From positions 87,283,663 to 87,320,283 of the forward strand of contig NC_068988.1 of assembly GCF_001194135.2 (NCBI RefSeq): a stretch of 36,621 bases of DNA, written 5' to 3'. The position numbers and the translations under genes are program-made. Under the pieces are notes generated by a model, which was given only the letters and a program-made list of their open reading frames with translations, was not told the origin of the DNA and ran no database searches. The stretch's first letter is position 1. Each line of letters begins with the position of its first letter. This document shows, one piece after another, positions 23,106 through 34,116 of the stretch. Source of the stretch: Octopus bimaculoides (Eukaryota).

Positions 23106-23377
23106 TGGAGGCGCAATGGCCCAGTGGTTAGGGCAGCAGACTTGCGGTCGAAGGATCGCAGTTTCGATTCCCAGACCGGGCGTTGTGTGTCTTTATTGAG
23201 CGAAACACCTAAGCTCCACGAGGCTCCGGCAGGGGGAGGTGGTGACCCCTGTTGTACTCTTTCGCCTCAACTTTCTCACACTCTTTCTTCCTGTTTCTTG
23301 AGTAATGCTACGATGGACTGGCGTCCCGTCCAGCTGGTGGGGAACACATACGCCATAGAAACCGGAAAACTGGGCCC
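23106..23377 (+). mobile_element. tRNA SINE (head A + tail X), runs into a gap
   Basis: A-box tggcccagtgg and B-box gtttcgattcc. Matches 33726-34116 up to ...cttcctgtttct, then diverges. Confidence 0.88.
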
Positions 23378-24277
23378 NNNNNNNNNNNNNNNNNNNNNNN
23401 NNNNNNNNNNNNNNNNNNNNNNNNNNNNNNNNNNNNNNNNNNNNNNNNNNNNNNNNNNNNNNNNNNNNNNNNNNNNNNNNNNNNNNNNNNNNNNNNNNNN
23501 NNNNNNNNNNNNNNNNNNNNNNNNNNNNNNNNNNNNNNNNNNNNNNNNNNNNNNNNNNNNNNNNNNNNNNNNNNNNNNNNNNNNNNNNNNNNNNNNNNNN
23601 NNNNNNNNNNNNNNNNNNNNNNNNNNNNNNNNNNNNNNNNNNNNNNNNNNNNNNNNNNNNNNNNNNNNNNNNNNNNNNNNNNNNNNNNNNNNNNNNNNNN
23701 NNNNNNNNNNNNNNNNNNNNNNNNNNNNNNNNNNNNNNNNNNNNNNNNNNNNNNNNNNNNNNNNNNNNNNNNNNNNNNNNNNNNNNNNNNNNNNNNNNNN
23801 NNNNNNNNNNNNNNNNNNNNNNNNNNNNNNNNNNNNNNNNNNNNNNNNNNNNNNNNNNNNNNNNNNNNNNNNNNNNNNNNNNNNNNNNNNNNNNNNNNNN
23901 NNNNNNNNNNNNNNNNNNNNNNNNNNNNNNNNNNNNNNNNNNNNNNNNNNNNNNNNNNNNNNNNNNNNNNNNNNNNNNNNNNNNNNNNNNNNNNNNNNNN
24001 NNNNNNNNNNNNNNNNNNNNNNNNNNNNNNNNNNNNNNNNNNNNNNNNNNNNNNNNNNNNNNNNNNNNNNNNNNNNNNNNNNNNNNNNNNNNNNNNNNNN
24101 NNNNNNNNNNNNNNNNNNNNNNNNNNNNNNNNNNNNNNNNNNNNNNNNNNNNNNNNNNNNNNNNNNNNNNNNNNNNNNNNNNNNNNNNNNNNNNNNNNNN
24201 NNNNNNNNNNNNNNNNNNNNNNNNNNNNNNNNNNNNNNNNNNNNNNNNNNNNNNATATATATATATATATATATATA

Positions 24278-25191
24278 CAGGATATGATGGGTAAATTGTT
24301 GCCATCTTATATTTTTAATTTTGTGCATTGTTTGTATTTGATTTTGTTAACTACACAGTACAGCTGGGTCAGTTGGGCACCATCTGTGAGAAACAACACC
24401 ATGACACAATTTACTCTGCTAGAAATTCAGGAACAACATGCTGTACTGCTTGGCATTCGCACTGGAAGCTCCAATATGAACATTTCATAGTGTTTGGCTA
24501 TCAATCTGATGAGAGTGCAATCTGAGGACATGTTCCAAGAGTGATAAAAATCAAATAACCAGTCAACATCATAGTGTTTGTAGTGATCACTAGTGATGGC
24601 TATGTTATGCCTCCATTCATCTTCTCACATGACCTCATACTCAATACAGAGGCCTACGTCAAGTGCCTGGAGGAAGTAGTGCTGCCCTAAGTCAAGAGGA
24701 TGGCTGCTGGAAGACCCTACGTCTGGTTGCTGGAAGACCCTATGTCTGGTTGCTGGAAGACCCTATGTCTGCTGATGGCTGCTGGAAGACCCTATGTCTG
24801 CCCCATGCTACACAAGCAGGAGAACCAGACAATTTCTGCGACCATACCACCCCTAACCTCTAACCACCTAACTAGCCCAGACCGTAACCCTTTTGGTTAT
24901 TATGTGTGGAGCACAGTTGAGTGTGAGACCAACAAAACTCCTTGTAACTGAAGGTAAGGATTATGAGAGCATTGACCAACTTGAACAAGGAGACCATCCA
25001 GAAGAGTTGCAGGAGATTCCGAAATCGTCTGGAGGCCATGGTTGAAGCCAATGGCAATTTTATTGAATAAATGTACTCTTTAGTATTTCAAGATATTTTT
25101 ATGTAATTTTGGTAAATACATCTGTTAAAATGAGATGTCAGTGTTATTTTCATTTTTGCGCAATTTAGACAACAATATATTCACCGCACCC

Positions 25192-25193
<2 letters not shown>
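24278..25193 (+). mobile_element. Internally deleted Tc1/mariner element (maT/DD37D-like)
   Basis: Imperfect TIRs cagg.t..g.tg..ta.attgttg at both ends within TA-rich flanks. Transposase remnants MPPFIF, EEVVLP, AAGRPYVW, SPDRNPFGYYVW and RRFRNRLEAMVEANGNFIE-stop. Confidence 0.88.
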
Positions 25194-25226
<33 letters not shown>

Positions 25227-25749
25227 NNNNNNNNNNNNNNNNNNNNNNNNNNNNNNNNNNNNNNNNNNNNNNNNNNNNNNNNNNNNNNNNNNNNNNNNNN
25301 NNNNNNNNNNNNNNNNNNNNNNNNNNNNNNNNNNNNNNNNNNNTATATGAATATATATATATATATGAATATATATATATATGAATATGTATGTATGTTT
25401 ATCTAAGTGCGTGTGCCTTTGTGTCTGTGTTTGTCCCCAGCGCCACTGCATGACAACTGTTGCTTGTATGCTTACATACTTTAACTTTGCAGTTTGGTAA
25501 GAGAGACCAAAAGAATAAGAACAAGGCTTTAAAAATAATAAGTATTAGGGTCAATTCATTTGACTAAAAATTCTTCAAGGCAGTGCCCCAGTATGGCCGC
25601 AATCTAATGACTGAAACAAGTAAAAGATAAAAGATAAAAGGATGGTTTTCAATATTGCACAGGGTCACAAAATTTGTAGGGAGGGTATAATCAATTAAAT
25701 TGATCCCAGTAGTTAACTGGTACTCCATTTTGGTGACCACACCTAACCT

Positions 25750-26400
25750 TGGTGATTCAGCTGCTTTCCATTTAGTAGTAGTTTCTACATTAATGTCTGG
25801 TCCCTCTACTGGATCTGCACATTCTCCTTATCAAGCAACTACTTACAGAATCATTTCAGTACCTCTCTGTAGGTATTGAAAATACCTACAATAAGGTAAA
25901 TTGTTAATGAGATAATTTTGTACAATTTTTCTCCAGTGATGTCCAGATTTACCCTCACCCAAAATTACCTGGTATTCTGGAACACTTCATCACTGCATAC
26001 ATTTTGCTTTTATATCATACAACATTGACAAGTTTCTTACTTTCAATTTTCCTTCCTTACAATATATACCTAACATCTAGCTTCTCTTTTAGCTACCTCA
26101 TAAGTGAGTTCCTTGCTCTTCTATTTTCCTGCACACTTTCCTAGCTAGTCTTTTAGTTTTTGTGATTCTATATTTCATACTATTCCACCACCATGTCAGC
26201 CTCTACTTGTCTGATACTAGGATTTTCCTGCATCAAGCTGTCTAGTCTGTGGTTCACAGCTGGTTGTTTTACAAGAACTCCTAGTTGTGTTCTTTCTCCA
26301 ACCCAATTTTCATTATAAGTGTTAAATGCTACATCTTGGAAGGTACATATGGCGAAAAGATATTTTACTTTCAAAACCCTCATTCTCCACATTGTCTTCT
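25750..26400 (-). mobile_element. Heavily decayed LINE ORF2 fragment (probably RTE-like)
   Basis: Purine-rich minus strand with interrupted frames and a GKAA-like motif near 25770; no intact catalytic motif. Confidence 0.35.
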
Positions 26401-26614
26401 GTGTTTGAGTTTATTATACTCTTATCCTAAAGTCACTAATAACTAGTCTATGCTACCTCATGCTTGGTACATTCATTACTAGTGAAGGTCTTAAATGTAA
26501 TCTATCTAACAATTGTGTTTGTCAGAGTGTAGGTGATCAAATAGCTTATTGGCTTTCTCACATTTGCGTTACTAATGGATACATCAAGGAAATGAAAACA
26601 AGAACAAACAAGTT

Positions 26615-26952
26615 CTACTACTCTCTACTACTAGCACTCTGTTGTTTATAACGATGAGGGTTCCAGTTGATCCAATCAACAGAACAGACTGCTTATGGAA
26701 TTAACACACAAATGGCTGAGCACTCCACAGACACGTGTACCCTTAACGTAGTCATCAGGGAAATTCAGCGTGACACAGTGTGACAAGGCTGGCTCTTTAA
26801 AATACAAGTACTACTAATTTTTGTCAGCTGAGTGGACTAGAGTAACGTGAAATAAAGTATCTTGCTCAAGGATACAACGTGTCACCAGGAATTGAACTCA
26901 TGACCTGACGATCATGAGTGAAATGCCCTAACCACTAAGCCATGTGCCTTCA
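26615..26952 (-). mobile_element. tRNA/CORE SINE (head B + tail Y)
   Basis: Head tggcttagtgg...gagttcaattcc, CORE-like ccttgagcaagatac; tail collinear with 33740-33900. Confidence 0.85.
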
Positions 26953-27140
26953 TATACTCTCTACAACACAGTTAAATGGTGAGGAGTAGTAAGGGACATC
27001 TGTAAAACCAGGTAACACCACTCCTTACTTCACAGTTCAGTGATTAGTTGGACAAGGGGACACCTATCTGTAAAACCAGATTTCACAGTTTCCTACATCA
27101 CAGTTCAGTGCCAAGGGTAAAAAGGGGCATCGTCTATCTA

Positions 27141-27760
27141 CTAACCCTTTTGCTACCATGTTCCTGTTAAGACACACTGCTCTCGTTTCAATTAATTTTT
27201 TGATGGTAATGAAGAATTTAATAAAATAACTGTTCTTATTAAACTGATGTTTGGAACAAATTAACATGAGATTTTGCCGAAAATAGGTGCAGGCATGGAT
27301 GTGAGGTAACAAGGAGCTTGCTTCCCAACCACATGGTTCTAGGTTCAGTTCTACTGTGTGGCACCTTGGGCAACTACCTTTAGCTTTGGACCAACCAAAG
27401 TCTTGAGAGTGGATTTAGTAGATGGAAACTGAAAGAAGCCTGTCATATGTGTGTGTGTGTGTGTGTGTGTGCATGTGCATGTCTTTGTTTGACCTCACAT
27501 CACTGCTTGACAACCAGCGTTAGTGTGTTTATGTCCCTGTAATTTAGTGATTTAGCAACAGAGACCAATAAAAAAAGTAGTAGGCTTAAAAAGAAATAAA
27601 TCCTGGGGTCGACTTATTTAACTAAAACCTTTCAAGGCAGTGCTCCAGCATGGCCACAGTCAAATGACTGAAACAAGTAAAAAGAAAATAAATAAATAAA
27701 CGAAGTTTGAATCATAGAATCAGGGGTCGTCTCAGATGGGTTGGTATCCAAAGGGTTCAA
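27141..27760. mobile_element. piggyBac-like MITE (family 1 relative) split by a family C SINE
   Basis: Left end ctaaCCCTTTtgctacc, interior similar to 15325-15450, right end ttggtatccAAAGGGttca after the SINE. Confidence 0.75.
27285..27697 (+). mobile_element. Full-length family C SINE inserted in a piggyBac-like MITE
   Basis: tRNA-like head, CORE-like ccttgggcaa, central (TG)n and 3' half ending gactgaaacaagtaaaaag; MITE halves on both sides. Confidence 0.85.
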
Positions 27761-28334
27761 CCAGGTTTCATCAGACCCTTCTTCACACTTGAGGGGTCAT
27801 AGTCGGAAAGAACATCTTCCAGCTATAAAAACAAATCCTGTTTCATAGTTCAGTGGTCAGTGGTCAGAGAAAATTCATCATCCATTACGAAAATAGGTTA
27901 TAATATCAGTCATTAGTTCATAGTTAGATGATATGTGATAGGAAAAGGCATGATACAGCTCCAAGCAATACAACCACCTACTCAGAATATAAATTTAACT
28001 CTCTCATCACATTCATGAGTAAAGAAGTCAGGCTTATAATTCCCCACTTAATGTTATTACCTGAGTGAGCCTGTTGGTGTTCTATAAATAAGCCTCTTAT
28101 GTTAATAGAGATTACTGGAGTGAAAAAGAAAGAGAGAGAAAGAGAGAGAACTATGATACACACACACACATACACACACACACACATCTTTGTGTGCATG
28201 TATATGTATATATGTGGTCAGTGTATAGTCAGAGAAGTCTTACGCATCAAATTGTTTTTAGTCATTATAAAGCGAGTTAATGATAATTTGGATTATTATA
28301 TACATACATACATACATACATGCATGCATACATA

Positions 28335-28412
28335 TACCGTAAAAACCCATGTAATTTACACACTTTTTTCCTGCAAAAACAAAACCTTTCAGGGGTGTGT
28401 AAATTACATGAG
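28335..28412. mobile_element. DNA-transposon end (pogo/Tc2-like) with a subterminal hairpin
   Basis: TA-CCGTAAAAA start; perfect 16-bp inverted repeat at 28348-28363 / 28395-28410. Confidence 0.5.
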
Positions 28413-28494
28413 TAGATCGTTTCTAGAATTTGTTTAGAATTTTTTTGTTGAAAAATGCTGTACGAGAAGTTGACTCATTTAATGTCAGAATAAG

Positions 28495-28807
28495 TTTTTA
28501 TAGAAAAAATATAATGAAGTTGACAGGGACATTCTTTTGATCTTGAAATGCCCATGCCACTCAAAACATTGTGTATAACCCATTGTCTCAACTCTGTAAC
28601 CTTGCCAAAGCATGCTCAATGTCTCTGGAGTAGACTTCCCAAGTTTAACACAAAATTTCACAACTTGCGAAGTAAACATAGCAATGCCACTCGGCACACT
28701 GTCTCATGAAAGTCACTACTAACTAGCTCTCACTGTGCATACAACCATGTGCTTCCACCTGTTGGTGCCCTACAGAACTAGTCCAGGAACTTTTTGATAC
28801 TACCTCA
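28495..28807 (-). mobile_element. Mariner 5' end (TIR and HTH-coding remnant)
   Basis: TIR ta-tgaggtagtatcaaaaagttcctggact; VKFCVKLGKSTPETLSML...QCFEWHGHFK. Confidence 0.85.
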
Positions 28808-29430
28808 TATATATATGTATGTGTATGTGTGTGTATATACATATATAAATAAGGAAATACAGAGACAGATAGAAAGACAGATTGATTGGTTGATAGATAG
28901 GTAGACAGACAGATAGACAGATAGATGATTATAATCCGACCAATGAGTGATCATCAGTGATCAATGAGTCAGAATTTCACTTGTTTTTTGTGTCTTAATT
29001 GGATAATTTAGACAGTGGTGAGCAGTTTTTATATTAATAATTTATTTAGGTTATCAACCTGAGCGAATGGTCAGTGTAATATACATAATTACTATTATAC
29101 ATAATTACTATTATACATAATTACTATTTTCAGAATGAGAGTCATGGATGGCTGACTTACGTACTGCATCTATGACCAAGACACTTCACTGTCCATTATC
29201 AGCTAACTAGTATTAAGTTGATTTGTTGTTGGTTGGAGGCATGCAATGTCAACAGGCTGGTTTCCAAAAAAGAACTGCAGAACTACTACATTAAGTTGGG
29301 AACAAACTATCACCTTATCATTCTGCTACTGTATAAGTGTCTCTGAGAGATTTAGAAATGCAATATTTCTAATTATAGATTGCTAGCCACTACACATTCT
29401 TTATTTTCTTTCTTTTATTTTCTCTCCTTG

Positions 29431-29560
29431 TTTCTTTCTATGGAAGAGCGTAGGCTCGAAACGTTAAAGACTTTTTCACTTCCCAAGCGTTAAACTAATA
29501 TGTCTGTTTGTTGTCTACACCACCTGTCTTTGTCTGTTGTTTTTTTGTGAATTCTCCCCC
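29431..29560 (+). mobile_element. Short Penelope-like repeat with a minimal hammerhead relic
   Basis: tcttt ctatgga a GAGC gtag GCTC GAAA CGTT aaaga, then a ~95-nt tail and (TA)n. Confidence 0.65.
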
Positions 29561-29743
29561 CATATATATATATAATTAATGTAACTTGGCCCTGAAGAGA
29601 TGCAAGGCTCCATGTTCTTGTCTCAGACAACATATTTGAAAGTCTTTATATTCAAACAAAGAATAAACAACTTTTCAAGAGAGAATTTTGCTACTTTGAT
29701 AACAGGTACAATATTTTACCAAATATTTGGTAGAGATCTAAAT

Positions 29744-29775
<32 letters not shown>

Positions 29776-30904
29776 GTGGAGAATGGAGAAACAAACACAA
29801 GAAGAAGCAAGTCATTTACCTATATNNNNNNNNNNNNNNNNNNNNNNNNNNNNNNNNNNNNNNNNNNNNNNNNNNNNNNNNNNNNNNNNNNNNNNNNNNN
29901 NNNNNNNNNNNNNNNNNNNNNNNNNNNNNNNNNNNNNNNNNNNNNNNNNNNNNNNNNNNNNNNNNNNNNNNNNNNNNNNNNNNNNNNNNNNNNNNNNNNN
30001 NNNNNNNNNNNNNNNNNNNNNNNNNNNNNNNNNNNNNNNNNNNNNNNNNNNNNNNNNNNNNNNNNNNNNNNNNNNNNNNNNNNNNNNNNNNNNNNNNNNN
30101 NNNNNNNNNNNNNNNNNNNNNNNNNNNNNNNNNNNNNNNNNNNNNNNNNNNNNNNNNNNNNNNNNNNNNNNNNNNNNNNNNNNNNNNNNNNNNNNNNNNN
30201 NNNNNNNNNNNNNNNNNNNNNNNNNNNNNNNNNNNNNNNNNNNNNNNNNNNATATAAATCTGTGTAGAAAGAAGTTGTTCTTCCTTAGGGATATATATTA
30301 TCCAAGCATACACCAGTTTTGCACTTATAGTGATTAATGATACTGGAAATTTTTTGCATGTGTATATACCTCAATGGTTTTCATGTGTGTATGAACCTTA
30401 AGGGTTCATGCTGAATCTCATCTCCAGTCTCATTTCTCTTTCCTTCTAGAATAGCCATGTGTCTCTCCCCTACAGGAACACACTTGTTCTTGTTCTTCTT
30501 TCACAGACTTTAGCACTTCAACACTGGTATTAAGCTGGCTTTCGTAATACTGCACTCCACCAATTCTATGAAGGAGTCTTGTCTTGCGAGTTACTTGGTG
30601 ATCTTACTAGTGTTGGTGCCATGAAATAAGCACCCAGTATGTTTTGTAAAGTGATTTGCAGACAAAAGGGTATCCAACAACAGAGTCCATGACCAAGCAG
30701 ACTTAAAAGCTCAACGTGGTCCTCTGGCTCATTGGATCTTGTCTAACTGTCCAACCAATCCCAGCATGCAACACAGATGTTGAATAGTGATGATGATGAT
30801 AATGATATCATTAAATTTTTTGCAGCTGTGCAGAGGGGATATTATGCAATTTGGTGTAAACGTTATAATGTAATATTACTTAAAAGTTCATAAGCAAACC
30901 TAGG

Positions 30905-31114
30905 ATTGGTTTCAAATTTTGTTGCAAGGCCAGCAATTTTGGGGTAGGGCTAAGTCGATACCATCGACCCTGGTGCTCAACTGGTACTTATTTTATCAAC
31001 CCTGAAAGGATGAAAAACAAAGTCAACCTCGGCAGAATTTTAACTCGGAATATAAAGATGAAATGCTGATAAGAATTCTGCTTGGTGTGCTGACAATTCA
31101 GCCAGGTTGCCACC
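30905..31114 (-). mobile_element. Family D tRNA SINE
   Basis: Reverse complement of the head/body at 20305-20480; tail ...ccttg...aaatttgaaaccaat. Confidence 0.8.
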
Positions 31115-31124
31115 TTAAAGCGAA

Positions 31125-31244
31125 GTGCTTACAACAGTTAGGTGTCCCAAGTGGTCACCAATCTAAGTACTAACCAGGTGCAATGTTGCTTAACTTCAGT
31201 GATTGAATGAGAACTGGTGCATTCAATGTGATGTGGCCGTAAGT
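31125..31244 (-). pseudogene. 5S rRNA pseudogene (full length, diverged)
   Basis: Reverse complement acttacggccacatcacattgaatgcacc...gaagttaagc...ggttagtacttagattggtgaccacttggga...ctgttgtaagc is collinear with animal 5S rRNA; box A and box C recognisable but mutated. Confidence 0.9.
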
Positions 31245-31282
31245 AAGCAAAATCTAATATCAATATACACGAGCCATAGAGT

Positions 31283-31463
31283 GGGAAGCTGGCAGAATCA
31301 TTAGTATGTTAAACAAAATGCTTAGAAGCGTTTCACTCATCTTTATGTTCTGAGTTCATTTTTTCAGGGCTGATAAAATAAGTACCAGATGAGAACTGGG
31401 GTCGATGTAATCAACTAGACTCTTCCCTGAAATTACTAGCCTCCTGCCAAAATTTGAAACCAA
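31283..31463 (+). mobile_element. Family D tRNA SINE with internal deletion
   Basis: gctggcagaatcattag head, ttctgagttca B-box, same tail as 30905-31114. Confidence 0.8.
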
Positions 31464-32504
31464 TGATCATAAATACTTTCATGCATTGAAACATAATATA
31501 ATGTCTAGGAGGTACATGCTGAAAGCTAGACATAGTGAATGGGAGTGCACACTATGGATGCTTAGTCAATTGCACCTGTATTACACCAATATAAGTCAGT
31601 ATAATCCAATGATGTATAAATGTCTCATCACATGATCTTATTTTGTGTCTTCATTGGTTGCTCGGGACATTGTAAATCATCAAATGACCTTGTGAGTCAT
31701 TTTGGAGTGTACAGACACTGGCTAATAGATAATGAGATGGATTTCTCATGATATAATGATGCAATAACCATCACCTATGAATGCATGCATGTGTGTATTT
31801 ATGTATGTATGTATGTATGTATGTATGTGTGTGTGTGTATGTATGTATGTATGTATGTATGTATGTGTGTATGTGTGCATGTATGTATGTGAAAGTGTAT
31901 GTATATATGTACATGTGCATGTATGCATAAATGTGTGTAAATGTATGCACAAGTGTGTGTATCAATGCATATATGTATGTATTTATGCATGTATACATGT
32001 ACACACACACACACACACACACACATACACACACACACATATGTGTAAGTAATTATTTGAACTTTGGATACATGTCTAGTAGTTTGCCGATTAGAGCATT
32101 TACGCCTGATGTCATCCATAGTTATATATTTGCACCAATAGTTATTAATACCCTTGGTTATGTTATTAAACATTTAAGTGTCTATCTGGAAAAGCCATAA
32201 TTTTAGGAACTGGCACTTTGCAGATATAATCTGTAAGTAGAATAGTAAAAATAAGCAAGACTTTTCTAAAGTTCGGCATATAACACTTACCATAGTCTTT
32301 ATCAAAATTCCAGTGATGGAACTTTATTTCTGTGTTATATATACATGTCTACAGCAGATGTGGGTTTCGGTCTCCTGGGCAACCTTTGACTCTTTCTATC
32401 TAGAAGGGTTTTCAAACCCAATATTTTCCTGCTATTACTTATAGCTTTATGTGCTTTGAGATCCATTGATTTAACAAAGAATACATGCATACACACATAC
32501 TCTT

Positions 32505-32874
32505 TTTTTTACTTGTTTCAGTCATTTGACTGTGGCCATGCTGGAGCACCGCCTTTATTCGAGCATATCGACCCCAGGACTTATTCTTTGGAAGCCTGGT
32601 ACTTATTCTATCGGTCTCTTTTTGCTGAACCGCTAAGTTATGGGGACGTAAACACACCAGCATTGGTTGTCAAGCGATGGTGNNNNNNNNNNATATATAC
32701 ATATATACGACGGGCTTCTTTCAGTTTCCGTCTACCAAATCCACTCACAAGGCATTGGTCGGTCTGAGGCTATAGTAGAAAACACTTGCCCAAGGTGCCA
32801 CGCAGTGGGACTGAACCCGGAACCATGTGGTTGGTAAGCAAGCTACTTACCACACAGCCACTCTTGCGCCTATG
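32505..32874 (-). mobile_element. Near full-length family C SINE with a small gap
   Basis: Collinear reverse complement of 27285-27697. Confidence 0.88.
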
Positions 32875-33308
32875 ACATGTTCATATATATATATTTATAT
32901 ATATTAATTATTAATACCAAAAAGTAATCTTTATATCCAGCTTAACATGAATGTTTTGCAAGAACATTGAATACTGTGTTATTAGATTTGAAAGATCCTC
33001 TTACATAGGTGCTTGGTGTATAAAAGCATCTACATGGATCGTAGCAGATGAGGATTATTACTCATGGGTGCTGGAACTCCCATACATATTATTTCTTTCT
33101 ACTGGAAATCATGAGTGAAAAGTATCTGGTCAACAAAGATGGCTTCCTGCAGAATGAAATCATATGACATGAGAATTCTGGTGTCTATAACAGATGATTC
33201 TAGTCTGTTATGATCTAAATGTAACCTTTTATGCACCAAGTGCTAGAGGAAGCATTCTCCTGGGGTTAAAGTGGTAGTAATGTTGGTTCCTATGGAACAG
33301 CCATGTTA

Positions 33309-33549
33309 AAGTGTACAATATTATATATCCATTATGGCTGATCTTACCTACTGGTTTTGCACCAGGGGTTCAACAGAGTGTTGGGTAACAATCTGATTAG
33401 GTACTCTTCAGAGGTAACCATTATGGAATGAAATATGGCTACCTCTGAAGAGAACAGTGTTGCATAATCGGACTGTTAACCAGCACTCCGATGAACCTCT
33501 GGTGTGAAACCAATTGGTAAGATTGGCTATAATATAATACTGTAGACTT
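33309..33549. repeat. ~240-bp imperfect fold-back with a hammerhead-like motif in each arm
   Basis: Reverse complement of 33309-33421 aligns with 33435-33549 at roughly 80% by eye; 13-nt loop. Confidence 0.9.
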
Positions 33550-33632
33550 CAATTAACATACCTATTCTACTGACAGATATACAAGTGCATTTTTTCCTGA
33601 CTTATGGACTCTTTGATGGCTTACACACACAC

Positions 33633-33713
<81 letters not shown>

Positions 33714-33725
33714 CATATAAAAATT

Positions 33726-34116
33726 TGTTGTTGTTGTTGGCACTCTGTCGCTTACGACGTCGAGGGTTCCAGTTGATCCGATCAACGGAACAGCCTGCTC
33801 GTGAAATTAACGTGCAAGTGGCTGAGCACTCCACAGACACATGTACCCTTAACATAGTTCTCGGGGATATTCAGCGTGACACAGTGTGACAAGGCTTGAC
33901 CCTTTGAATTACAGGCACAACAGAAACAGGAAGTAAGAGTGAGAGAAAGTTGTGGTGGAAGAGTAGAGCAGGGTTCGCCACCATCTCCTGCCGGAGCCTC
34001 GTGGAGCTTTAGGTGTTTTCGCTCAATAAACACTCACAACGCCCGGTCTGGGAATCGAAACCGCGATCCTATGACCACGAGTCCGCTGCCCTAACCGCTG
34101 GGCCATTGCGCCTCCA
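33726..34116 (-). mobile_element. Full-length tRNA SINE (head A + tail Y) with (CAA)n tail
   Basis: A- and B-boxes present, many CpGs retained, caa tail at 33726-33739. Confidence 0.92.

Noticed and set aside
23106-23180. Possible tRNA genes (also 34040-34116, 26880-26952, 686-760)
   Set aside because: A/B boxes are present but continue into multi-copy SINE bodies without a complete cloverleaf.
24505-24530. CTGATGA as another hammerhead core
   Set aside because: No downstream GAAA or helix; lies inside the Tc1/mariner remnant.
24706-24800. CRISPR-like look of the repeated 20-mer
   Set aside because: Spacers are 3-9 nt and not unique, it lies inside a transposase remnant, and the context is eukaryotic.
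4037-30337. Long ORFs containing X runs (e.g. 4037-5014, 7140-8163, 23124-24328, 29600-30337)
   Set aside because: Artefacts of translating N-gaps and flanking (TA)n.
32201-32238. Possible 9- or 26-nt microexon before GTAAGT
   Set aside because: The 26-nt form has a stop in the needed phase; the 9-nt form has almost no pyrimidine tract and could be chance.
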